Positions 8,387-17,874 of a stretch of 64,000 nucleotides of DNA are shown piece after piece (positions within the stretch are counted from its first letter, which is position 1; every line of letters begins with the position of its first letter). Location of the stretch: the NCBI GenBank assembly GCA_963772975.1, contig CAVYZH010000005.1:142207-206206 (forward strand), written 5' to 3'. The position numbers and the translations under genes are program-made. Under the pieces are notes generated by a model. That model saw only the letters and a program-made list of their open reading frames with translations. It was not told where the DNA came from and did not search any database. The stretch comes from an uncultured Actinomycetes bacterium (lineage in GTDB: Bacteria > Actinomycetota > Thermoleophilia > Gaiellales > Gaiellaceae).

Positions 8387-9165
8387 GCGGCCAGCGCTTC
8401 CGCGAGCGCGACGAACTCGGGCGGCGCGAGCTCCTCGGCCCGGACGGCGGGGCCACGGGCGATCGCGCGCAGCGCCTCGGTTGCCTCGTCGCGCGTTGCG
8501 AAGCCGGCGAGCTCGAGCGAGTTTGCGAGCAGCTTGCGCCGGTGGGCGAACGCGGCCGTCACGAGTTGTTTCACGCGCGCGAAGTCGGGCGGCAGCTCGC
8601 GACGGCGAAAGGCGACGAGGGCCGAGTCCACGTTCGGCCGCGGCCGGAAGACCGTGCGCGAAACCGGGTGAAAGCCGGTCCGCTCCGCAGCGAGCTGGAC
8701 GAGCACCGAGACCGCGCCGTAGGCCTTCGTCGAGGGCTGTGCGAAGAAGCGGTCGGCGACCTCGCGCTGCACCATCACGCACCAGAGCTCGAGGCCCGGC
8801 AGCCCGTCGAGGCTCTCCGCGATCAGCGGCGTGGCGATGTTGTAGGGCAGGTTCGAGACGAGCTTCGTCGGCGTCGGCTCGAGGCTCGCAAGGTCGAGCC
8901 GGAGCGCGTCGCCGAAGTGGAGCTCGACGTTCTGGCGGCCACCGAGTGCCTCGCGCAGGCGCGGCTCGAGCGAGCGGTCGAGCTCGACGGCGTCTACGTG
9001 CGCTGCACGGTCGGCGAGGTAGGTCGTGAGCACCCCGAGGCCCGGCCCGACCTCCAGCACGACGTCCTCGGGGCCGAGCTCGGCAAGCCGGCCGATCACG
9101 CCGAGCAGGTTCTCGTCGACCAGGAAGTGCTGGCCGAGCTCCTTCTTCGCAGCGGGTCGGCTCAT
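8383..9165 (-). CDS. rsmA: 16S rRNA (adenine1518/1519-N6)-dimethyltransferase
   Basis: KKELGQHFLVDENLL...VLEVGPGLGVLT...SNLPYNIATP. Confidence 0.95.
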   Translation of the reverse strand: MSRPAAKKELGQHFLVDENLLGVIGRLAELGPEDVVLEVGPGLGVLTTYLADRAAHVDAVELDRSLEPRLREALGGRQNVELHFGDALRLDLASLEPTPTKLVSNLPYNIATPLIAESLDGLPGLELWCVMVQREVADRFFAQPSTKAYGAVSVLVQLAAERTGFHPVSRTVFRPRPNVDSALVAFRRRELPPDFARVKQLVTAAFAHRRKLLANSLELAGFATRDEATEALRAIARGPAVRAEELAPPEFVALAEALAA

Positions 9166-9908
9166 GCGAGCCCGAACGCTGCGCTTGCGTTGGCGTCGAG
9201 CCGGGCGGCGAGCTCGGTTGCGTCCTCGCCTCGCGACTCCGCGAGCGCAGCGATCGTGTGGACGACGTTTGCGGGCTCATTCGGCCGGCCGCGCCTGGGC
9301 TGCGGCGAGAGGTAGGGGCTGTCGGTCTCGGCGAGCAACCGCTCGCCTGGAACGGCGCATGCGACCTCGCGCAGCTCCTCGGCCTTCGGGTAAGTGACGT
9401 TGCCGGCGAAGGAGAGGTAATAGCCGCGCTCGAGCGCGACCGGCAGGAGCTCAGGCGCCGAGAAGCAGTGCAGCACGACGGTGCCCGAAAACGGCTCCAG
9501 CGCGGCGGCGGTCTCCTCGGAAGCCGCGCGAGTGTGGACGACGACTGGCTTGCGGAGCTCTTCGGCCAGCTCCAGCTGGCGCTCGAAGAGCTCGCGCTGG
9601 CGGTCGCGTGGCGCGTAGTCGCGGTAGAAGTCGAGGCCGGTCTCGCCGACGGCGACCGCTCGCTCATCGGCGAGCAGCTCCCGCAGCTCGTCGAGCCGGT
9701 TCGCGTCGGGCTCCGCGGCCTGGTGCGGATGGATTCCGAGCGCTGCGAAGACGCCGTCATGCCGCCTTGCGATCACGAGCGTCTCGCGGCAGGAATCGAG
9801 GCCCGAGCCGACCGACACAATCCGCTCGACGCCGGCTTCGCGCGCCCGCGCGACGAGCTCGTCCGCCGGCTCAGCGCACGCGTCGAGGTGCGCGTGGGTG
9901 TCGATCAC
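9162..9908 (-). CDS. TatD-family metal-dependent hydrolase/DNase
   Basis: MIDTHAHLD...LGIHPHQA...VVVHTR...SFAGNVTYPKA...LLAETDSPYL. Sits in the conserved metG-tatD-rsmA-ispE order. Confidence 0.9.
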   Translation of the reverse strand: MIDTHAHLDACAEPADELVARAREAGVERIVSVGSGLDSCRETLVIARRHDGVFAALGIHPHQAAEPDANRLDELRELLADERAVAVGETGLDFYRDYAPRDRQRELFERQLELAEELRKPVVVHTRAASEETAAALEPFSGTVVLHCFSAPELLPVALERGYYLSFAGNVTYPKAEELREVACAVPGERLLAETDSPYLSPQPRRGRPNEPANVVHTIAALAESRGEDATELAARLDANASAAFGLA

Positions 9909-11428
9909 GCCGCGGCGGTCGGCTGGTCGACCCGCGGGAAGAGCGGTACGGCTGCGGCGATCCCGTCGGTCTCCGGCGTCAGCCCGTAGGCGATCCGCTC
10001 GAGCTCGAGCTCGACCGGCTGCTCAAGCGCCTGGAGAATCTGCGGCGCGGTTCGTGGCAGGTAGGGGGAGAGCGCTACCGCCACTGCGCGGACGCCATCG
10101 ACGAGGTCGTAGAGGACCGCGTCGAGCTCATCGGCTCGGGCGTCGTCCTTGGCGAGCTGCCACGGGGCCGTGTTCTCGACGTGGCGGTTGAGCCAGCGCA
10201 CGAGCTCCCAGATCTCCTCGAGCGCGCCGGTCAGGTCCCAGGCGTCGAAGCGCTCCACGAGTTTCGCCCGCAGGCCGTCGAGCGCGGCTGTCAGCTCCTC
10301 GTTCGGTTGTCCGGGCACAACACGCCCGTCGCGGTAGCGGGCGACCATCGCCGTCGTCCGGGAGACGAGGTTGCCGAGGTCGTTGCCGAGCTCCCGCTCG
10401 TAGCGCTCGTGCAAGGCCTCGACCGAGGCGCTGCCGTCCTGGCCGAACGACACCGACCTCAACGCCCAGAACCGGACCGCGTCCGAGCCGTAGACGTCTA
10501 TCAGGTCGAGCGGGTCGATCACGTTGCCGAGGGACTTCGAGATCTTGCGATCGTCGAGCAGCAAGTAGCCGTGGACGAACAGCTGCTGCGGCACCTCGTA
10601 GCCGGCTGCGAGCAGGAGCGCGGGCCAGAAGACGCAGTGGAAGCGGAGGATGTCCTTGCCGAGCAGGTGGTGGGCGTGCGGCCAGAACTTCTCGCGCAGG
10701 TCCTCTCCGTCTCGCGCGTAGGTGAGCGCGCTCAGGTAGTTGATCAGCGCGTCTACCCAGACATAGGTGACCTGCCCTTCGTCCCAAGGGATCGGCACGC
10801 CCCACGGCTGACCGGCGCGACTGACGCTGAAGTCCTGCAGGCCGCCCTCGATGAAGCTGCGCGCCTCGTTGTAGCGGTGGCTCGGCAGGACGAAATCGGG
10901 CCGCTCGTCGTAGAGCGCGAGCAGCTTCTGCTGGTAGGCGGAGAGGCGGAAGAACCAGTTCGTCTCCTCGATTCGCTCGGGCGGGATGCCATGGTCGACG
11001 CACAGGCCGTCAACGAGCTCGGACTCCGACTTGAACTCCTCGCACTGCACGCAGTAGAGCCCCGAGTAGACGTCCTGGTAGATGTCGCCGTTGTCGTAGA
11101 TGCGCTGCAGGAACTCCTGCACGAAGCGCTTGTGCCCCTCGTCGGTCGTGCGGATGAAGAAGTCGGGCTCGGCGTCGACGCGCTTGGGTAGCTCACGCCA
11201 GTACTTCTCGACGATGTCGTCGACGTACGCCTTCGGGTCGAGCCCCCGCTCCTCCGCGACGCGGTACACCTTCGAGGCGTGCTCGTCAGTGCCCGTGAGG
11301 AAGAAGGTCTCGTCGCCGCGCTGCCGGTGGTGCCGGACGAGGACGTCGGCCGCGATCGTCGTGTACGCGTGCCCGATGTGCGGGCTCGCGTTGACGTAGT
11401 AGATGGGTGTCGTCAGGTAGTAGCGCAT
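9905..11428 (-). CDS. metG: Methionine--tRNA ligase (short form, no C-terminal tRNA-binding domain)
   Basis: Internal ATG at 11428 of track ORF 9905..11578: MRYYLTTPIYYVNASPHIGHAYT (HIGH motif)...ISKSLGNVIDP (KMSKS-like). Confidence 0.95.
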   Translation of the reverse strand: MRYYLTTPIYYVNASPHIGHAYTTIAADVLVRHHRQRGDETFFLTGTDEHASKVYRVAEERGLDPKAYVDDIVEKYWRELPKRVDAEPDFFIRTTDEGHKRFVQEFLQRIYDNGDIYQDVYSGLYCVQCEEFKSESELVDGLCVDHGIPPERIEETNWFFRLSAYQQKLLALYDERPDFVLPSHRYNEARSFIEGGLQDFSVSRAGQPWGVPIPWDEGQVTYVWVDALINYLSALTYARDGEDLREKFWPHAHHLLGKDILRFHCVFWPALLLAAGYEVPQQLFVHGYLLLDDRKISKSLGNVIDPLDLIDVYGSDAVRFWALRSVSFGQDGSASVEALHERYERELGNDLGNLVSRTTAMVARYRDGRVVPGQPNEELTAALDGLRAKLVERFDAWDLTGALEEIWELVRWLNRHVENTAPWQLAKDDARADELDAVLYDLVDGVRAVAVALSPYLPRTAPQILQALEQPVELELERIAYGLTPETDGIAAAVPLFPRVDQPTAAA

Positions 11429-12458
11429 CGCCCTCAATGATACGAGCGACCTTGCGCCGGCCACGGGCGGCGAGCGCGGCTGCGGCCAGGAGCGACGACG
11501 CGGCAGCAAGCAGCTTCCAGGGGAACGGTCGCCCACTCGGCTCGGCGCGTTCGACGACCGGCTCGGAGTCATGCGCACGAAGCCACGGCCCGGCGGACGG
11601 CGCGGGTATGGGTCGGTTTACGGGCGCGGCCGCCGCGCCGGCTGGCGCTGGATCGGCCTCGACCGGCGTGGGCACCGATGGGGCCGAGACCGTCGGGCGG
11701 TCACTCGCGGGGCGGACAGCGGGCCGAGACTCGCGGACCGGAGCGCCCGGCCGCGGACCGAAAGCCGGGGCGGGCGGCGGGAGCTCGACCACGGGCCGCG
11801 GCTCCGGCGCGTCGCCCGGCTTGACGATCCGGAGTGAGGGCGCCACAGGCGCGGTCGGCGGGGCTGGCGCAGGCGACGGTGCCGGCACTGGTGCTGATGT
11901 TGGTGTAGGCGGCTCGCTCGGCACGGGCGTGGGCGCTGCAACCGGCGGCAAGAAGCCGAGCGGATCGAGGTAACCCTGAGGATCGCTGCTGAGCCGGATC
12001 CCGAGCTGCACGTACGCGACCGGGTGGGCCGCCACCCCGCTCGTGCCGACGATCGCGACCCGCTGGCCCTCGGCCACGACCGCCCCCGCGCCGACCAGAA
12101 ACGAGCCGAGATGCAAAAGCGTGACGGCGTAGTCCGCCGTCTGGATCGTGATCGTGAGCCCATTCGCCGCGACCCGTCCGGCGAACGTCACCGTCCCCGC
12201 GACCGGCGCGAGTACCGGGTCGCCGACCGTGCCCTGGATGTCGATCCCGCGATGCTGGCCGGGGACGAGCGGGTTCTCCTCGTCGAAGGCAAACCCCTGC
12301 AGCACCGGCCCAGCAACTGGCCACGTCCAGGCGCCGGCCGCGGCGGGCGTTGCGAGCGCCAGGAGCACCGCGATGGCCACGAGCCGGGTGAAAGCCGATC
12401 GGTGTTGTCTGTTCTGCAAACCGACCTCAAGGTACCAGGCCGGCCCGGACGTTGTCAA
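11286..12458 (-). CDS. M23-family metallopeptidase with Pro-rich linker and C-terminal hydrophobic segment
   Basis: Signal-like N-terminus, then PGQHRGIDIQGTVGDPVLAPVAGTVTFAG...LLHLGS...GQRVAIVGTSG, then a PTPVPSEPPTPTSAPVPAPSPAPAPP tract. The 3' end overlaps metG by 143 nt. Confidence 0.8.
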   Translation of the reverse strand: MTTSGPAWYLEVGLQNRQHRSAFTRLVAIAVLLALATPAAAGAWTWPVAGPVLQGFAFDEENPLVPGQHRGIDIQGTVGDPVLAPVAGTVTFAGRVAANGLTITIQTADYAVTLLHLGSFLVGAGAVVAEGQRVAIVGTSGVAAHPVAYVQLGIRLSSDPQGYLDPLGFLPPVAAPTPVPSEPPTPTSAPVPAPSPAPAPPTAPVAPSLRIVKPGDAPEPRPVVELPPPAPAFGPRPGAPVRESRPAVRPASDRPTVSAPSVPTPVEADPAPAGAAAAPVNRPIPAPSAGPWLRAHDSEPVVERAEPSGRPFPWKLLAAASSLLAAAALAARGRRKVARIIEGDALLPDDTHLLRQREPAHRARVHDDRGRRPRPAPPAARRRDLLPHGH

Positions 12459-12464
12459 ATCGGA

Positions 12465-13268
12465 TTACAGCGAGCCGCGATAGAGCGCGTTGCGCGAGGC
12501 TCCGGTCAACCGCGCGACGAGCTCGGCGGCCTGCCGCCGTGGCACGCCCGTCTCGACCAGCTCGGCGACCGCCGCTGCCGCCTCCTCGCCAGAAGGCTCG
12601 ACCGGCGGCGCCGCGCCGAGCACGAGCGTCACCTCACCACGTACCGGCTCGCCGAAGCGCTCCGCCAGCTCAGCAACCGTCGCCAGCGCGACCTCCTCGT
12701 GGCGCTTCGTCAGCTCACGGCAAACTGCGCAGGGCCGGTTCGGGACCACGCGCGCGAGGGCCGCCAGGGAGCGCGGCAACCGCTGCGGCGACTCGAACGC
12801 GACCGCGGGCCATTGCCAGGCCGCCAGCTCCTCCCCGAGCTCGGTCAGCGCCCGCTCGCCGCGGGGCAGGTAGCCAATGAACTGGTACCGCTCGCCGACG
12901 AGCCCGCTCGCGACCAGCGCCGTCTCGACGGCCGAGGGGCCCGGCAGCACCGTCACCGGGACGCCGGCCTTCAACGCGGCCGCGACGAGCCGCGCGCCCG
13001 GGTCGCTGATCCCCGGCAGGCCGGCGTCGCTGACCAGCGCCACGCGCTCACCGACCTGCAGGCGCGGGAGCAGCTCCGCGGTCCGCTTCGCCTCGTTGTG
13101 CTCGTGGTAGGAGAGCAGCCGCGCGCGGATCCCGTGCCGCTCCAGTAGGCCACGCGTATGCCGCGTGTCCTCGGCAAGCACGACATCGGCCTCGGCGAGC
13201 TCGCGCAGGACGCGCAAGGTCACGTCCTCGAGGTTTCCGATCGGCGTCGCGCAGACCGCGAGCGGCAC
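12465..13268 (-). CDS. rsmI: 16S rRNA (cytidine1402-2'-O)-methyltransferase
   Basis: MPLAVCATPIGNLEDVTLRVLRELAEADVVLAEDTRHTRGLLERHGI...SDAGLPGISDPG. GTG start. Confidence 0.9.
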   Translation of the reverse strand: MPLAVCATPIGNLEDVTLRVLRELAEADVVLAEDTRHTRGLLERHGIRARLLSYHEHNEAKRTAELLPRLQVGERVALVSDAGLPGISDPGARLVAAALKAGVPVTVLPGPSAVETALVASGLVGERYQFIGYLPRGERALTELGEELAAWQWPAVAFESPQRLPRSLAALARVVPNRPCAVCRELTKRHEEVALATVAELAERFGEPVRGEVTLVLGAAPPVEPSGEEAAAAVAELVETGVPRRQAAELVARLTGASRNALYRGSL

Positions 13269-14182
13269 TAGCTCGCCGCGCCGAGCGCCTCGAACGCGAC
13301 CATCCCGGCCCCGATCACGCCAGCCTTGACTCCGAGCTCGGCTTCGACGATCCGCACGTTGTCACGCGCAGGCTCGAGCCCCTCGACCGCGACAACCTCA
13401 CGGGCAGGCGCCAACAGCAGCTCGCCTGCCGCGCCGAAGCCACCGCCGACGACGACCACCTCGGGCTCGAAGACGTTGACGAAGCTCGCGATCCCGGCGC
13501 CGAGGTAGCGGCCCACGCCGGCCAGCGCCTCGACCGCCTCGGGCTGGTCCGCCCTGGCGCGGGTGACGAGGTCGTGCGCGTTCGAGCCGTCCCCGTAGAG
13601 CGAGCGAGCGACGCGGTCGGCCGCCGGGCCCGCGGCGAAGGACTCGAGATGCCCGAATCCGCCACAGCCGCAGGGCGGGCCGCCGGGCTGGAGCACGATG
13701 TGACCGAGCTCGGCGCCGCTGCCGGTCGCGCCGCGATATGGCTTGCCGTCGAGGATCAGGCCGCCGCCGACGCCCGTCCCGAGGGTCAGCATCACGACGT
13801 CGCGCGCACCGCGTGCCGCTCCGGCCTGCCACTCGGCGATCGCCGCGGCGTTGGCGTCGTTGTCGAGTTCCACCGGCAGGCCGTGACGCTCCCGCATCCG
13901 GTCACGCAGGTCGATGCCCTCGAGCGGGATGTTCACCGACTTGAGCGCACGGCCCGCGCGCTGGTCGATCCTCGAGGGAACGCCGAAGCCCAGCGCCTGC
14001 GCATCCGGCTCGAGCCGCAGCAGCTCCTCGACGAGCGAGTCAAGCTCCGCGAGCAGCGCGTCTTGCGAGGAATGGTCGCTCGGACGCTCGAGACGCGCGC
14101 CCAGCGAGCCGTCGCGCGAGACGACCGCGGCGAGGATTTTCGTCCCGCCGACGTCCACCCCGATGACCCGCGACTGCTCCAA
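13268..14182 (-). CDS. ROK-family glucokinase
   Basis: TTG 14182 inside track ORF 13268..14593: (M)EQSRVIGVDVGGTKILAAV...DNDANAAA...GTGVGGG...GELGH...PCGCGGFGHLE. Confidence 0.85.
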   Translation of the reverse strand: MEQSRVIGVDVGGTKILAAVVSRDGSLGARLERPSDHSSQDALLAELDSLVEELLRLEPDAQALGFGVPSRIDQRAGRALKSVNIPLEGIDLRDRMRERHGLPVELDNDANAAAIAEWQAGAARGARDVVMLTLGTGVGGGLILDGKPYRGATGSGAELGHIVLQPGGPPCGCGGFGHLESFAAGPAADRVARSLYGDGSNAHDLVTRARADQPEAVEALAGVGRYLGAGIASFVNVFEPEVVVVGGGFGAAGELLLAPAREVVAVEGLEPARDNVRIVEAELGVKAGVIGAGMVAFEALGAAS

Positions 14183-14209
14183 AACCGCGCGGGTACCATA
14201 CGCCGCCGG

Positions 14210-15382
14210 ATGTCGACGCCCGGCGGAGAGAAGCCCTACCGCGTCTACCGGGGCGGGCGTCAGAAGGGCCGGGTGCCGACCGTCGGACGGCCCGAGAAGT
14301 CGCCGCCGCGGACGAAGGCCGAGCGCGACGGACGCAGCAACTACCGCGGGCCGGGTGCGAAGACAGCGGCCCGCCGCCCGCGCCAGATTCGCTGGGGCCG
14401 CGAGCTGACGATCGCGCTGGTGGTGATCGTCGCCTTCTTCCTCGCCTGGAGCGTGATCGGCTACCTCGTCTTCCGCAGCGGCGTCTCGGAGGCGAACAAG
14501 CGGCTGCCGCAGAACGCGCGGCGTGCGCTGGCGCCCGACCAGGGCAGCCTGCTCTCGACCCCGACCGCGATTCTGCTGCTCGGCACCGATCACTCACTCG
14601 CGGCCGCGCGGGCCGGCGACCGGCACTCCGACTCGATCACGCTGCTGCGCACCGACCCGCCGCACCACCGGCTCTACTACCTCTCGATCCCGCGCGACCT
14701 GCGCGTCGAGATCCCCGGCTACGGCGGCGCGAAGATCAACACGGCGTTCCAGGTCGGCGGCCCGCGCCTCGCCGCGCGCACGGTCTCGGCCTACACCGAC
14801 ATCCCGATCAACCACATCGTCGTCGTCAACTTCGCCGAGTTCAAAGACCTGATCGACGCGGTCGGCGGGATCGACATCGTCGTCCCGGAGAAGATCCAGT
14901 CGAAGTTCGACTGCCCGTACAAGACCGAGGCCCGCTGCGCGCGCTGGCCCGGCTGGCGGTTCTTCCCGGGCAAGCAGCACATGAGCGGCCAGCGGGCGCT
15001 GATCTATTCGCGCGTGCGCAAGAACGCGCTCAACCCGGCCGAGAGCGACATCACCCGCGGCGAGCGCAACCAGCAGGTGCTGCAGGCGCTGATGAGCAAG
15101 CTCGCCAGCTTCTCGACGTTCATGCGGCTGCCCTTCGACGGCAAAGACCTGACGAAGCCGCTCGCGACCGACCTTTCTGCGAACGACTTCGCCGGGCTCG
15201 GCTGGGCGAAGTTCCGCGCCGGTCGCACGCTCCACTGCCGCCTCGGCGGCACCTCGACCGGCGGCGACATCACCCCGAGCGAGGACAACGCGAAGGTGAT
15301 CCTGATGGTGCTCGGCAAGTCGGCGCCACAGCCGCCCGCGCCGTCCGGCGACACGTATCCGCCGGGCTGCCTGAGCCGCTAG
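14210..15382 (+). CDS. LytR-CpsA-Psr (LCP) family cell-envelope phosphotransferase
   Basis: ATG 14210 inside track ORF 13574..15382: basic N-terminus, one TM, then LLLGTDHS...DSITLLRTDP...YLSIPRDLRVEIPGYGGAKINTAF...IDIVVP. Confidence 0.85.
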   Translation: MSTPGGEKPYRVYRGGRQKGRVPTVGRPEKSPPRTKAERDGRSNYRGPGAKTAARRPRQIRWGRELTIALVVIVAFFLAWSVIGYLVFRSGVSEANKRLPQNARRALAPDQGSLLSTPTAILLLGTDHSLAAARAGDRHSDSITLLRTDPPHHRLYYLSIPRDLRVEIPGYGGAKINTAFQVGGPRLAARTVSAYTDIPINHIVVVNFAEFKDLIDAVGGIDIVVPEKIQSKFDCPYKTEARCARWPGWRFFPGKQHMSGQRALIYSRVRKNALNPAESDITRGERNQQVLQALMSKLASFSTFMRLPFDGKDLTKPLATDLSANDFAGLGWAKFRAGRTLHCRLGGTSTGGDITPSEDNAKVILMVLGKSAPQPPAPSGDTYPPGCLSR

Positions 15383-15651
15383 GCCTCCGCGGCCTTCTTC
15401 TTCTCTTCCTTGGGCTTGGCGGGCTCGGACGACGGGGAGTCGCCGTCCTTGGAGTCCGGCTTCTTGCCCGAACCGCGGCCGTAGTCGGTCGTGTAGAAGC
15501 CCGAGCCCTTGAAGTGCACGGCGACCGGGTAGAGCACGCGCTCGAGCGGCCCCTCGCCACAGACCTCACATTTTTCGGGCGCCGCGTCGCCGATCTTCTG
15601 GAACAACTCGAACACATGCCCGTTCGGGCACCGGTACTCGTAGATCGGCAT
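15379..15651 (-). CDS. FmdB-family zinc-ribbon protein
   Basis: ATG 15651: MPIYEYRCPNGHVFELFQKIGDAAPEKCEVCGEGPLERVLYPVAVHFKGSGFYTTDY plus a Lys/Glu-rich tail. The first Cys knuckle is degenerate. Confidence 0.8.
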   Translation of the reverse strand: MPIYEYRCPNGHVFELFQKIGDAAPEKCEVCGEGPLERVLYPVAVHFKGSGFYTTDYGRGSGKKPDSKDGDSPSSEPAKPKEEKKKAAEA

Positions 15652-15655
15652 GGAT

Positions 15656-15862
15656 CTAAGGATAGTTGGGCGACTGGCTGCGGCCGCTCTCGCGCTCCAG
15701 GGTCTCTCGGTAGCAGGGTGCGTCCTCGAAGGCGGCAAGGCCCGGCTGGACCGAGCGACGCGGACGGCGTCTGCGGCGCGCGGCGGCGAGCGCGGCTGAG
15801 GCGCCGAGCAGCCCGCCGATCACGAACGAGCGCAGGCGGGCCGACTGTGACTCCCGATCCAC
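15656..15862 (-). CDS. Possible small membrane-anchored protein (68 aa)
   Basis: GTG 15862: VDRESQSARLRSFVIGGLLGASAALAAARRRRRPRR.... The only support is that it fills the gap; weak. Confidence 0.3.
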   Translation of the reverse strand: MDRESQSARLRSFVIGGLLGASAALAAARRRRRPRRSVQPGLAAFEDAPCYRETLERESGRSQSPNYP

Positions 15863-15885
15863 GCGGCGATTGTACGGTTGCCCCC

Positions 15886-16707
15886 GTGATCTGCACTCTC
15901 GGCGATGTGCTCCTCGACGTGATCGTGCGGACCTCCGAGCCGCTCGCGCCCGGCGCCGACAGCCCGGTCGAGACCCGGCTCGCCACCGGCGGCCAGGCGG
16001 CGAACGTGGCGGCGTGGGTCGCCGAACTGGGCGAGGGCGCCCGTTGCGTGGCGAAGCAGGCCGACGACGCGGCCGGCGCGCTCGCGCGAACGCTGCTCGA
16101 GCGCCACGGGGTCGAGCTCGTCGGCCCGGTCGTCGCCGGAACGACCGGGACGGTGGTCGCGCTCGTCTCGCCGGACGGCGAGCGCTCGATGGCAACCGAC
16201 CGCGGCGTCTCCGTCGAGTTGCGCGCGGACGAGCTCGAGCCTGCGTGGTTCGAGGGCTGCTCGTGGCTGCATCTCTCCGGCTACGCGCTGCTGGCCGAGC
16301 CGATCGCGGAAGCGGGACTGATCGCGGCGCGGCTGGCCCGGGCGCGCGAGGCACGAGTGGCGGTCGACCTCTCCTCGTGGAGCGCGATCCGCGCCTACGG
16401 GCCGAAGCGCTTCCGCGCGAACCTGGACGCGGCCGCGCCCGACGTCGTCTTTGCCAACGAGCCAGAGTGGGAGATGGTCGGCGGCGCCTACGCGCTGGCC
16501 GAGACGGCGGTGGTCAAGCGCGGCTCGCGCGGCGTCGAGGTTCGCTCTCCCGAGGGCATCGAGGAGTTCCCGCCGCTCGACGCGGAGGTCGTGGACACGA
16601 CGGGCGCCGGCGACGCGCTGGCGGCCGGCTTCCTCGTAGGCGGGATCGAGCTCGGTCTGGAGGCGGCTGCCCGCTGCGTCGGCCAGCTCGGGGCGGTGCC
16701 CGTGTGA
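15886..16707 (+). CDS. psuK: PfkB-family carbohydrate kinase, probable pseudouridine kinase
   Basis: GTG 15886: VICTLGDVLLDVIV...GGQAANVA...DTTGAGDALAAGF. Translationally coupled (GTGTGA) to psuG. Confidence 0.75.
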   Translation: MICTLGDVLLDVIVRTSEPLAPGADSPVETRLATGGQAANVAAWVAELGEGARCVAKQADDAAGALARTLLERHGVELVGPVVAGTTGTVVALVSPDGERSMATDRGVSVELRADELEPAWFEGCSWLHLSGYALLAEPIAEAGLIAARLARAREARVAVDLSSWSAIRAYGPKRFRANLDAAAPDVVFANEPEWEMVGGAYALAETAVVKRGSRGVEVRSPEGIEEFPPLDAEVVDTTGAGDALAAGFLVGGIELGLEAAARCVGQLGAVPV

Positions 16708-17594
16708 CCGAGGTGCTCCGAATCGCGCCGGAAGTGCAACAAGCCCTCCACGAGGGCGCTCCGGTCGTCGCGCTCGAGACTACGCTCGTCGCACACGGTT
16801 TCCCTCCCGGGGTGGGGGTGGAGGTGGGTCGTGCCGCGGAGGCGGCGGTCAGGGCCGAAGGGGCCATGGCCGCAACGGTCGGTGTGCTCGACGGCCAGGT
16901 GGTCGTCGGGCTCGACGCCCACGAGCTCGAGCGCTTCGGCGAGGCGGGAGCCGGCGCGCGCAAAGCCGGCCCGCGCGATCTCGCCGCCTGTGTGGTGAGC
17001 GGCGAGCTCGGCGCGACGACCGTCGGCGGCACGCTTGCGGCCGCGCGCCTCGCGGGCATCAGGTTCATGGGCACCGGCGGAATCGGGGGAGTCCACCGCG
17101 GCTTCGCGGAGCGTCCCGACGTCTCCGCCGACCTGGCGCAGCTCGCGCGCACGCCGGCGCTCGTCGTCTCCTCCGGGGTCAAGTCGCTGCTCGACGTTCC
17201 CGCGACCGCCGAGTTGCTGGAGACATTGGGCGTGCCGGTGCTCGGCTACCGCACCGCCGAGCTGCCGCTCTTCTACAGCGCCGGCGGGGGGCCGCCGGTC
17301 TCTGCGCGCGTGGACGACGCCGCGCAGGCGGCACGCACGGCAGAAGCGCACTGGCAGCTCGGCGGCGCCGCGCTCCTGCTCGCGCGCGATCCCGACGACG
17401 GCGTCGAGGTCGAGCCGCTGATCGAGGAAGCGCTGGCCGCGGCCGCGACGCAGGGCATCCACGGCCAGGCCGTGACGCCGTTCGTCCTCTCCTTCCTGCA
17501 CGAGCACAGCGACGGCCGCACGCTCGAGGTGAACCGCGAGCTGATCGTCGCCAACGCGCGCCTCGCGGCGCAGGTCGCCGTCGCGGCTACTTAG
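16704..17594 (+). CDS. psuG: Pseudouridine-5'-phosphate glycosidase
   Basis: VVALETTLVAHGFP...GATTVGGTLAAARLAGIRFMGTGGIGGVHRG...DVSADL...VVSSGVKSLLD...ELLETLGVPVLGY. Confidence 0.9.
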   Translation: MTEVLRIAPEVQQALHEGAPVVALETTLVAHGFPPGVGVEVGRAAEAAVRAEGAMAATVGVLDGQVVVGLDAHELERFGEAGAGARKAGPRDLAACVVSGELGATTVGGTLAAARLAGIRFMGTGGIGGVHRGFAERPDVSADLAQLARTPALVVSSGVKSLLDVPATAELLETLGVPVLGYRTAELPLFYSAGGGPPVSARVDDAAQAARTAEAHWQLGGAALLLARDPDDGVEVEPLIEEALAAAATQGIHGQAVTPFVLSFLHEHSDGRTLEVNRELIVANARLAAQVAVAAT

Positions 17595-17874
17595 CGAGCG
17601 AGGAAAGAAAGTCGTCGATCGAGAACGCCGACAGCGTCTGCAGCTTCGCGCTGCCGCGGGCGCCGAGCGCCACCGAAATGCGGGCGATCGTCTCGGGGTC
17701 AGGCGCCTCGACCACGTTCACGAAGTCGAACGGCCCGAGCGTCGCCCACTGGTGGATGACCTTCGCACCGAGCTCCTCGACGTCACGGTTGACCTCCCGC
17801 AGCCGGTCGGGGTTCGCCTTCAGGGTCTGGACGCCCTGAGCGGTCAGGCTCGAGAGCATGATGTAGGTCGGCAT
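17587..17874 (-). CDS. GYD-domain protein
   Basis: MPTYIMLSSLTAQGVQTLKANPDRLREVNRDVEELGAKVIHQWATLGPFDFVNVVEAPD. Confidence 0.8.
   Translation of the reverse strand: MPTYIMLSSLTAQGVQTLKANPDRLREVNRDVEELGAKVIHQWATLGPFDFVNVVEAPDPETIARISVALGARGSAKLQTLSAFSIDDFLSSLAK

Noticed and set aside
7184-9760. 858-aa minus-strand ORF
   Set aside because: It is a chimera: out-of-frame read-through of tatD and rsmA, then the in-frame N-terminal part of ispE, then the small membrane protein. It exists only because stops are rare at this GC content.
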